From assembly GCF_001949145.1 (NCBI RefSeq), contig NW_019091360.1:3763816-3827815 (forward strand): a DNA stretch of 64,000 nucleotides, in the 5' to 3' direction. Shown one piece after another: positions 12,201-24,200 of this stretch. The notes beneath the pieces were generated by a model. The model saw only the letters and a program-made list of their open reading frames with translations. It was not told where the DNA came from and searched no databases. The position numbers and the translations under genes were made by a program. The stretch comes from Acanthaster planci. Lineage: Eukaryota. Every line of letters begins with the position of its first letter. Positions within the stretch are counted from its first letter, which is position 1.

Positions 12201-15200
12201 ACCCGAAAGGGCTTAATGCTGGTACCGCAAAAATACAGCAGTACCGCAGTAAATACCGCCTTCTGTAATTATGAAACGTTCCCTTATGCATCTTACACTT
12301 CAGTTTATGTCGAATAAAAATTGGCTATTTTCCAAATTCTAACTTATTAGTTTCAAAGGACTTCCGAAGGTCAAACTACATATTCATTTATATTGTAACT
12401 TCGTTGAGCACTATTAGTACAAGATTCTGCTTATAACCAAGAAATGTTTAGGTCCCAACCCTTTGTTTGTATTCCTGATAATACAAGGTTGCTGTTGTAA
12501 CAAGGTAACTTGCCAAGTCCTTAAGGATTTCTCATTAATGCGGTTCAACTGGATTCTATCGGCAAAATAACCCAATATACGTGTATAGGTGAATTACATT
12601 TTATATAGTTCCTTACTGAATTGGACGATTTCATTTTTCTTTAAGCAAACGGATGACAATCCAAGAAGCACTTGCCCACCCGTGGCTCAACGTAAGTACA
12701 CGTATATTGATTACTTTTTGAATTTGTGCCATTTGGTCTTTGTGTTTTTCTAGCCAGAGCAGTTTTCCCACAGATGAAAACCAAATTTTCAACTAAACTA
12801 AAGCCTTCCCAGACCAAGAACCCTTCCCAGATTAATGTCTAAAATCTAAGTATTTGGCACATTATTCCAAGACTAGTTTGATTTATTTTCTTCTATTTCA
12901 GATGGAGACTGATACCCTTGCTCGGAGACGCGCTCGACGACTCAACACCAGGCGTCTCAGAAAACTACACGAGAAACGCAAACCAGAGGTGAAACATCAC
13001 CCCTTCAATTTTATTGAATTTTACTTGAATACATGTACATTGCTTTGATTATTTTTATTAAAAAAAAAATCATCCAATTTTCTTTCTTTTTTTCAGGGGG
13101 CTGGCGAAACCATCAACGCCCTCGGCCGTCTTGCTCATGGGGGCGCTCTTCGAGAGATACACAAGGTCTACCGTGGCATGCCACTACATGAAAGGCTCGT
13201 CTATATGGGTATGTCATTGCACTTTGACCAAAACTGAGTTTTTTACAATTGTAAAAATTCATAGACCACTTTTGCCCAAAGCGTGGTCAAGTTAGGGAAT
13301 CATCACCTCTGTTTTAGGGAATACTGTAAATCTCTAAAGATCTAATTTTGACAATTTACAAAATTTTGAAAACCCGAGAAAGCAGAATACACTGTCTAAG
13401 GAGATTTACCGCACAAGTTTTGTTTTAGTTGAAGCACCTTAAAAGTTTTTGCACAACTTTCTACTGTTAATGCAAGAAAACTCTGAAACCTTTCTTTCTC
13501 ATTGAAAAGTGCACCATTTTTATACACTTTAAAACTATTCAAAGGAAGTCTGTTCGAATCATGAACTTGATGTATGCCTCTTATCTTTGCTTCCTGACCT
13601 CCTGTCATGAACTGAAATGATTAATCACCAAATTAAATAAAATTTTGACTATTCAACAACCAAAATTCTTGCAAATAGTTCCTGCCTTGAATGACACTTT
13701 TGCTCAGATGGGCATACATGTATTTATATTAGCGTTAAACTCAAATAGGCCTCAAAATGCCCTGAAGATGGTGCAAAAATGGAAAATTAGGTTGAATGGG
13801 ACACAAAGGAGCATGTACAAGACCTGCATTATCAATAATTACATTGCGAGTCCTGATTTGATTTTTATTTCTAGATGTCCGTGATGCCGCTCCCAAGTTT
13901 GTAGTTCCTCTCGAGACGACCACCGCCATTGAGGGTAATGCCGCTCGCTTCGAGTGTGAAGTCTCTGCCCTCACTGAACCCCTCATCACCTGGTACAAGG
14001 GGAAGACTCCCCTACAGATAGGAATCAAGTACAAGATGCTGTACGATGATCGCAAGTACACGCTGGTCGTTCAGGACACCAATATTGATGATGTAGGGGA
14101 GTACACCTGTAAGGCAGTCAACTCGTACGGGTCAGCAACATCATCGGCGTCTCTGGACATTGAACGTAAGTTGGATGTTGGAGTTCTGAAGTTCTTCCAG
14201 AATTGATGCATCACACAGCCAGATTTTGAAAGCCAAATTTCTTGTGATTTTTTTCCCTTCTTTGAAGTAAATTAGTCATTACCCTTATGTCCTCGCAGTG
14301 CTTGATGAAGAGGAGTTGGAGAGACGTGGAGAAAGACGGACTCTGGAAATGAAGAGACAAAAGTAGGTTTCAGTTGTAGTAGATGCAATCTTGAATCTAC
14401 CAATCAAATTTGAAAATTGCTAGCGATTTTCTCCCGCAGTTTGTTCGATGGATTATTTTTGTCTCAAAGTATTTCCTAGCCTGGCTGCATAGCAATCTAA
14501 AAACAAACTTGAAAAAGTAATTCAAATCTTAGAAAATAAAAAATTCAGTGAATTATCTTGCTCTGAATTAACCTGTTGCACAATCCTGTCGATGCATTTT
14601 TACGGAACAGTGTCTAGTCTCGGACACATAACCCAGACAGACCAAAATATAAATACTGCACACAATATAAAAAAAAATCTGAGCATGGTCACACATTTCC
14701 AAGTAATACATTAATTTATATTTTCTAGAATCCCTCTGGGAGAACGAGCTCGTCGTCTGCGTGCCATGCAGGCCGAGATGGGAGCTGACCAACCACCACA
14801 GTTTGTCAAGACTTTGCAAGACAAGGAATGCGGTCTCGGATTCATTCTACCACTCTCGTTTGAAGGTTGGAAGACAACCCTTACCTTTATAAGCAAAGTT
14901 CAATGTTCATTTTGACCTGATCATATAATCTTTCTTGTGAAGGTGTCAAACTTTCAACTCCTGAATTCTTTTGAGCATTTACACTGATCCATTTTTTTTG
15001 AAACATTGTAGTCTGCCAAAGGAATATTGTGACCTTTAAATGACTTGCTTAGATTTTTGAATATTTTTACAATTCCCGATTAGTACAATTTTCAATTTAT
15101 TTTCTGCAAACGCTCATTTGCACGTGCAAACCTACCTTTGGTCCACTTGAAAATAAGTTAACATATGTTATCTCTTATCTTTGGCAATAGAGATTTTTTG

Positions 15201-18200
15201 GGGTATAGTACGGAAGAGCCTTATCATATGAATGAAAAATGTAAGGTGTTGGGTTAATGTACGTCTATTTTGCCAAAGTCAATTTCTCACGGTTTTTAAA
15301 TAACTTCACAAGCTACTGACTTCGGTAAATATGCATAAGAACAATCATTCAAAGCAGGTCAAAAATGCAGGTGCACAATGCCAATGGGGCATTTGTCGCG
15401 CTGCATCTTCTTTTGGGATATTTGGGCTGAAAGCTCAGTACTTTTACCGAGAGTTTTCTGCTCTTTACGCACAGCTTGACAAGCGTTTTTGACCCCTAGT
15501 CTATGCTTCAAGATGTATGCGGACCACATGGTGTACAATGTTTTTATTTTCCTACAGTAACTGTTCCACCAGAGCCCACCAAGGTCATCTGGTACCTCAA
15601 TGGCAAGCAACTCAAGGAAGGACCGCGCTACAAGTTCTACGTGGATAATGGCACCTACACGCTAGAGGTTCAGGAGACCACGCTGGATGACATGGGTGAA
15701 TACTGCGCCGAAGTGACCAATCAAACAGGGACGTCAGTTACAAAGTGCCAAGTAGCCGTGGATGGTAAGCTTGAGATCAAGTTTCACATGATACTTGTAT
15801 TTAAGGATTAAATATGAGCATTTTTTGGCATGTTGGAAAATCATAGTTTTTGCTCTCTTGGAAAACTTCTTTCCTGCATTTTGACTATCTACATCTATGA
15901 TTCAAGACTGAATTTGCTGTTATTGATTCAAGTGGATAGCTTCTTTTGATGAGATTTTTTGGTTTTTTTTTTTGCAGAAAACTTCATGGACAAGTATGCT
16001 GGATATGTCAGACCACATTTTGTTCAGCGCCTTCGAGACATTCTCATTGTTGAGGGGAGTGCAGCAAGACTGGAATGTAAGGTCAATGGCATGCCGGATC
16101 CAGATATCAGATGGTAAGATCCTTATTTCAAATCATTCAAATTATTGTATTTTAAGTCTGCATTGTAAAAATTACTCTAGCCGCTGGTCACATTTCTTAT
16201 CCGCACATAAAAGTTCAGAATTATACGCTTGTAATAGAACAAACTTCCCGAAGAATCCTGCGCATGAAAACGGGGGGAGGGCTCCATATAGGAAGCCAGT
16301 AATTATTCCCTACAGTGACTACAGTGACCTATTAGCCGTCAGAAAGCAAATACATGTCCAGGAAAGTTCAATTTAGGAGGGAGAAAACCAAGTCATTTAC
16401 CAGGAAAACACTTGGAATTTTCAGACCAGTTTCATTGGGTTTGTGCACGGGGTTGTGTCCATATATGGAACTCTTTCCAGACTGGGTCCAAAGAAGGACA
16501 CTAAAAGTAACGTATTTAACTTCTAAAATCAGAACAAATTTATCACTTCATTTATCTTTTCAACTTGAAAAATTGGCAATAAGGAGTTAGAGCAGGTAAG
16601 GTCTGGTTTCATCTGCCGACATACTGCATGCAACAAGTCTAACTGTGGCATACATTTTGATTTCATGTACACTACAAATATCAACCCCCCCTCAGGGCGA
16701 CACTCTTCACAGAACAAGGCAACTCTTTCCTTTAGAGAAAAAAAAAGGCAAAATTATCTGGTTTCATGTGCAACAGAACACAGATCAGAGAAAGAGGAAT
16801 GGCTAGATTGACCCAAGGTTTAAGAAAATACAGAACTTACATCCACAGCAAATGTAAAGTGTAGAGTATCTGGAGCCCTGTCTGTCCTCTGGGTGTGTCC
16901 TGTCACAAATACCCCTGCTGAATTCTCTGCACGCTGGTTTTATGTGAATGCCTAAAAAGAATGTAAATCCATTTGGAATGAGCACACACCACTAACCTCC
17001 CTCATGTAACAATAGATACTCAACAAAAGACCATTGACATTCACTCCCTGATCCCAACACTGTTAAAAAAAGGGGATTTCAAACAAGGCTAGACCTCGCA
17101 TAAAGATGCTAATTAACTTCTGCAAGCCCAGTTAGACTGTTCCATTTTACCAAAACTGAATACAAAATGGTACGTTCCTAATTTAAAAAGCCAGTTAAAA
17201 TGGTATGGAATGCCATTTGTTCTGAAACACCTTGGTAAAAACGTAAGGTCTATGGAGCACAAAATGTACCAAAAGAAAATGAACATTATTTTGTCACATT
17301 GATTCTAAGAAATATACTTCTCAAAAAAAGTTGAGCACCACTTTTAATTTTGTGTGTACTTTTTTATAAGAATATATTTTACTGCTGAAAATACCCCAGT
17401 ACAACTGTCCTGTATGACCTCAAACACACTGTTATTTTACATGTGGTTGTTTTCAGTTGTTGCATAGTGTTTCTTGCATCTCTGCACACCCTGAAATTAC
17501 AAGTTAAGACAAAAGTGGTCCTTAACTTTTTTTGAGTTGTGTATGAGTTTGCATAAAGTATGGGTTAGTTGATTTTTCTCAGTGAAATTATTTATTATTT
17601 GAAGAGTGAGACATCATACAGGTAACACCAAGGGAAGAATTCCAAATATGCAAATCACTCAGTTTTCCCTATAGTGATGCATAGGTCACCAAAAAGATAT
17701 AACATGTTTTAAAAAGTCAAATTTTGCAAGGAAAATATTTTTTAAAAGCATTTAGTGAGAAAATACTTACATTTTTAGACCACTTTCATAGGTTTCGTGC
17801 ACAAGGTGTTAACTGATGTCCGTGTATGGAAATATTTATAACACTAATTGAAATACAACTTGAATGCCAAAGAATTTCAAATTTAAAGTGGTAACAACTT
17901 CAAAACTTATGAGAAAACATCTCTGATGGACTTAAATCACATTCAACACAGGTTCAAGGACCACAAAGAGATTGAGGATGGTGTCCACTACTCTATGGAG
18001 TTTGAGGATGATGATACATGCGCCCTCATCCTACAGGATGTGTTCTTGACTGATGCTGGGACCTACACTTGCCAAGCGTCTAACCTCCTTGGTCGCATCT
18101 CCTGCGACTCACGTGTCAAAGTTGAACGTAAGTTCTTGTTTGATTTTCATTTTTATTGCATATTCTTATTCCATTCTCATTCTTGTTCACATCCATCTGA

Positions 18201-21200
18201 ATTTGTTAATAATATTATGAAATTATTAAAAAATTATATCCAGTCATCAAGTGACAGTAGATGAGATGAGAAATCCGTTGGCATAGATTTTAATTTTCAG
18301 AAAAGATTACAATCATAGAAATAAATTTCATCTGCAAATATGTTAACTGGCAATGAAATAATTGCAGAACGTTCTGTCCCTTTCAGATATTGTCAGACTG
18401 CAAATAATTGATTGATAATTGATACTGAACAAATTAACACTTTCAAATTTAACACCGTTCTTAGCTTGAAATGTCACTAATTTATTCTGATAACCCAGTG
18501 TTTGTCTTGTTTTCTACTAACAAAATGCCAGCATTGACAAGTTTGTACTTGGCCTGTTAGCATCATTGAATTCAACAGTGCTTTGAGTGAGGAAGTCCTT
18601 GTTGCTTTGGATTAACAGTCCTGGTAAATTAAAAAATGTTTAAGAAATCTCAAGCAGCCATGACAGACCTTTCTACAATTCCACCCAGAGAGTGCTCACA
18701 CTAGGGACATAAAGTTTGTCGGGTTTACTTGTGAGTGTAATTTGATTATCCAGGATGTCTCAGCTCACTGGAATAATTTGGATCAGAACTACAGACTAAC
18801 TGATCTTGTTGATCACTCTAGATCATGACCGTGTCCTCTGTAAATATGTAGGCCCCTGTTCTCTACTTGCTACTTATGGATACATAAGCCTTATGTTGCT
18901 GAGTCCCATTTTGTGTAACAGATCCTACCCTGGTTTCCATCAACTAAATTTCTCAGTGCAGTCTGGACCACGTGTTTGAAAAGTTAGACTAGTGTAAACA
19001 AACAGAATGCATTGTTGTGAGTAAACCGGACTCTAACAGGTCACATTTTTCCCATGCATAAACTGAGTGCTTGCCAGTATTAAATAGCACTTACTCCTTT
19101 TGTAAACGATGCGAGCTAGATTTATATTGAACTGAGTTAGTTGTGGGGTTGAATGGTAGTGTTTGACAGGTCAGAGAAAGGATATGACGATGAACAGTGG
19201 TAGGTAGGCTCGTCCATTGTGTAATGGTCTTGTGTAGAGAAGTGCATATTCTCGGGTGCTCTAAATTCCCTAAGTTTGAATTTAACCTTGAAAAACAGTA
19301 CCAAGGTTTCACTGAACAATTCTTAGGGCCTGGTGTTGTTATTTTTTTAGATCTGAAATACTTGCACAGTAGGAATCTAGGATATTTTGTCATGGCTTTG
19401 GTTTTATTCTTTGTGTAGGCTTATCACCTGAAGTAGTTTATCAACGTTAGTTGTCATATCAAAGCAGATATCACATTTATGTGACAGTTGGCCCTGCATC
19501 ACTTGACGTTTGTGATTTTACCTTTCTCTTGGTTTTACTGTCGCATGTTTATTGACAATTGTAATGCAGCAGCATTAAAAATAGTCCCAGTTGAGGGCAT
19601 GTCAGGCTACAGTTTATTCTCACCTTCGGGATGCATCCCATAAATTTTACTAGGTTGGGGAAAAAGACATAGATATTAACGAACAAACTCCAGTTGAGGA
19701 TTCTTGTCTTAATTTAGATGCTCAGTGACCTTGAATCAATAAAGAATGGATGATGGCACAGGCTAGGATAAACTAACTCAGTGCCATCCATCACTACTGC
19801 AGAGTTCAACATTGACACAAAACCTCACAAGTTAGGAATCATTGAGTCAGTCCTGGAAACTAGAGAGACAAACTCACATCATGGATTCAGCTGTAGCCGC
19901 TGTCTCTCATCCAAGCGCTTCTGAAAGTTCGGAAGATGATGCCGAATCTTGCGTGACCTCTCTAACGACAGAATTCTTTGACTTAGGTGACCTGGATGAC
20001 CTGGAAGGGTTTTTGGATGTGTTGCCAAGTTCACAATCCAAACTTCCACATTCTAGCAATACACCAAGAGATGTTGTCAATCGTATACCAGAGGTTATTG
20101 TCACGTTTGATTATGACCTCCTTACAACACGACTACCACCTGATGGTACGTGCAGCATCGTCTGTCCAACTAATATACCACACTTGCATGGCCGTAGTCT
20201 ACAGTCTCAATAGTCTAGTCTGTACTGTACCATAGTCTTTACTTGCATGACTGTCGAACTAGTTGTGCATGTGCTAATGGAAATTAGTAGCATTGCAAGC
20301 CGTGACTAACATGCACGTCTCTGTGGATGTGGACCCCCCAAAAGTACATGTACTACCAAATTTAGAACTTGAACCATGGAAAGTTCGCGAGTAACCCAAG
20401 TGGAGTTAAAACGAAAGCAACTCCTGTCCGGTTTGTCATGATGCGATGTGTGCATGCGCTATCCGTTGAGGTACTAATTCCTGAGGGGCTAACAACTAAC
20501 CGTGGAGTGTATTACTCTGACATGGCTGACTCCTGCTGTCACTACACAGGTTGTGGAGCAGAGAGCGAACCAGCCTCAGAACCATCACGGTAAGTTTGAA
20601 ATCCTAATTTGATTTGTTTCATCTTTTAAATAATTTGTTAATGACCAAAATTAACTTTAGGTTTCTGTGAAGATGAAAACTCAATGTGGAAAATAAGTAT
20701 AAACTGTTATTAAAAAATAGGTTCGTCTGAACAGTGTGCTGATGATAGAGTAGTGTAGTAGCATCGGTTACACAGCTACCATAGTAAATAGCCTCTTTGG
20801 ATGTTCCATTTGACATGCTTTGACAAAATGAAGGCATTAACTGGTGGTCGAATTTTCATCCAAGCAACTAGCCCTATTTTAATTTTTCCCCCAATAAACA
20901 TTTGGTATTTTCTCTTTGATATTTGTGCTTACTTTTTGTTAAACTTTTCATTGGTAGTTTTTGAAGACCTTTAAAGTAAAAGTAATAATCATTGAATGGT
21001 AAAGTATCCTGTTTTGATTTCAAGTTGTCATGATATTGCCATCAATCTTATCATGTTTTATTATTATGTATATATTACCTTGTTTGTCTGTCCCAATATT
21101 CCTGTGTTATGTTTTCATAACCTTTAAGCCTACACATCCATGCCACTAAGCCAGGAATGAATTGCCCTTGCACTTTTTAGTGTACAAATAGCGGCTTCAA

Positions 21201-24200
21201 GAACTAATAATTATTTGAGAGATAAGAATGTCGTAGCCACCTCTTTGGACTTTGAATTTAAATGATTTTAAATTTTCTTACTTTTTTCTTTAACTTTAAT
21301 CCAGTTTAAATTTCTGTACTTGTTACATTGCTATGTTTTTAATATGCAATGATGGAGCTTCTGTTGAGTTTTAAAAATATATATTAAATGAAATTATATT
21401 AGTCATAGTTGAATAATTTGAATAGAATTAATTTGGTACTTGAACTTAATTCACACATAAAGCGTTATTGCTCTCACCATTGGATAAAGATAGTCAGATA
21501 CCTCTATAGAGATAGTCTTTGTTTATTTTTTAAATTTAGTCACTGTCAGTTATGAGTTAAATTATTTGTCCATGTGGGTTATAAATCCTTTCCACTGCAG
21601 AGAGTCAAGTCTTGAAGATCTCACGACAATCTCCAAACACATACCCGCCCGCCGCCGTCTGAACTGTGCTCCATTCTTCAGTCTGCCACTCCGTCGCAAG
21701 AAAGTTGCAGAGAACGACAGTGTCCGCCTTACTTGCGCTGTGCAGGGCTACCCTGCTCCTAAAGTAGCATGGACAAAGGATGGGAACCCAATATTCGATG
21801 GCTACTACTACAGCATCACCAACAGGTGGGGTGTATGTTCATTGGAGGTGCATAGTGCCAGACTGAGTGATACAGGAACCTACCGATGCACGGCTACCAG
21901 CGAAGAGGGTCAGGATAGCTCGGCCTGCGAGTTGGTTGTGGAAGAAAGTGAGTAATGTGGAAGGAAAAATTAATACAGTGGAAAAGTTAAATCACATTTT
22001 GGTAAATGCTGTTGCGGAGCACATAGTTTATTAAAATGGGGTTGATGTTATAGATACAGTATGGTGCTTTCAAGTCAACTCAAATATGGCTGGTTAGAAA
22101 CCTGTCCATGGTTAAGTCAGTCCAGTCTCTTCATTCTGAAGTTTCAAATTAACCAAAACAATGAGAAAACATTATTTGGTGAAGGTGTCAACAGTTTAGT
22201 TTCAAATCACATCACTGAACATATCGCCTTAACATTCTTGTTTCTTAACCACCACAAGTGATTCAGTGGGCTTGCCTTGAGATAACAAATCTAAATTTTA
22301 GATTTCATCTAATTCAAATGAATTTCCTTTCAGTTGTTGACCAGGCTACATCTCTTATTTCATTTTTACAATTCAGGAATGGAACCAGATGAAACCCTGG
22401 ACTACATCCGTCCATCCTTCCACAAACCTGTAAGAGGCAAACGCGTTAAGGAAGGAAAGACAGCTCATCTTGACATACAAGTTTCTGGATTCCCAGAGCC
22501 ACAAATTATCTGGTATATTTGAAACAATTCATCTCCTTTTCTCCCCCTCCCCCCCATTTTGTGAATTTTGTTGTCATTTTATTCTTTGAGAAAGGTTTAC
22601 AGCGTGTTCAAGTCTGTTAAATGATTTTTGGCCATTTCATTGTATTCAGAATTTAAATTATAAGAGAAATTACAATTAGGATTTTTAGTCAGATTATTTA
22701 GGAAGTAATGGGTAAATGGGATATTTTTAATTAAAACAGTACTCAAAACGACCAGTGAAGGTTATTTATTTATATTAATCCAATTTTAGACAAAAATACT
22801 TATAATTATTAAAACAAATTTTAAATGAAGTCCTATTTCTTTTGGGGTGTAGGTACAAAGACAATGTCCGCATTGATGAGGACGAGCACATTTCTATTGA
22901 GAAACATCCCGGGGGAGCTCAGACCCTGGTTATCACTGGAGTGACACCAACAGATGCTGGACGATACAAGGCTGCAGCCAGTTCACCTGCTGGCAAGGCT
23001 TCTTGTGCTGCAGACCTTATCGTTCTGGAAGGTATGATCATTTGGAAAAAATGTAATTGTGTTAGGTGAACATATTGAAAATGCCTCTGTAATGTCAAGA
23101 TTTAGTCAGGCTAGGTTAATTATTTTCTTAATGTTAGTTTTTAGCACTGTTGCTCTGAATTGCAACCTTTTCATTTTTTTCCCTGCAAATACTTATTGCT
23201 TTGTAACAAAAATCCATCCACAAAAAATATATTATTGCCGTCATTTATTTCTACTTAATACTGTTTCAGACAAATAAATATATTTAGAAGTTAAAACTTT
23301 GTTTTATTTGTGTTTTATCCTTTCACATTTGTAGTTGAAGCTGATGTGGAATCTGAAGATGAGGGTGAATTGGGACGAGGCAGAGGAAGACGCCGGACTC
23401 GTCGTAAACCCAAGGAAGAGCCCAAAGAGCCTAAACCGCACCGCAAACCACAAAAGGTGCGTCCAGTCCCAGAGACTTTCGAGGAGCGAAAGGCAAGAAG
23501 AATCCAACAAAGGAAGGAACAGCCTCTTCTCTACCGGCCATCATCTGTACCCGTGAGAAGTCACAGACGATCCTACAGTCCTTCCTACATGCCAGCATTT
23601 GGACCTCCTCCTTTGTACAGTCCAACCATTGATATGAGAAAGCAGAAGCCTGTACCAGGATACAAACCAGTACCCTATGCCAGAACCCCACCACTGGCTC
23701 GTGCTCAGTCAGTACCTGTACCTGTTGTCGCACGCACCATCCCGCATCCTGTTGTTGATGATGGGTATGGACCGACTTACATCCCTCATTATGAGATCCC
23801 AAAGAAGGGCAGACATGGAGAGCACAAATGTCCAACACCATCCTACGTGCCTCATCATGCACTCCCTGCTAAAGCAGTCACACCAACGCCCCATGACGAC
23901 CGCTACTTTGCTGCCCTGTTTGAGGATATCCTGAGCGCCTCAGAGTATGAGTTTCAACAGAGAGAGAGGACACCATCTTTCCCAAGGTCCAGAACACCGA
24001 GTGTATCGAGGACAAGGAGCATAACACCAACACGAAGACGAAGAACCTTGTCATCTGACTATGAAGATCTATACGGAAGACGGCCAAGCTATGAAGGGAA
24101 GAGAACTCGAAGTATTACACCAACCAGAGCCGGGTATATAACACCGTCTGCCCCTGATTATGATGCTTACATGAAAAAAATGAAAGCCATACAGAAGCAG

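Noticed and set aside
12365..12555. Possible decayed pogo/Tigger-like MITE
   Set aside because: The termini are too degenerate to pair with confidence.
19170..19199. 30-nt phase 1-1 candidate micro-exon
   Set aside because: Poor pyrimidine tract and an uninformative peptide; cannot be told from chance.
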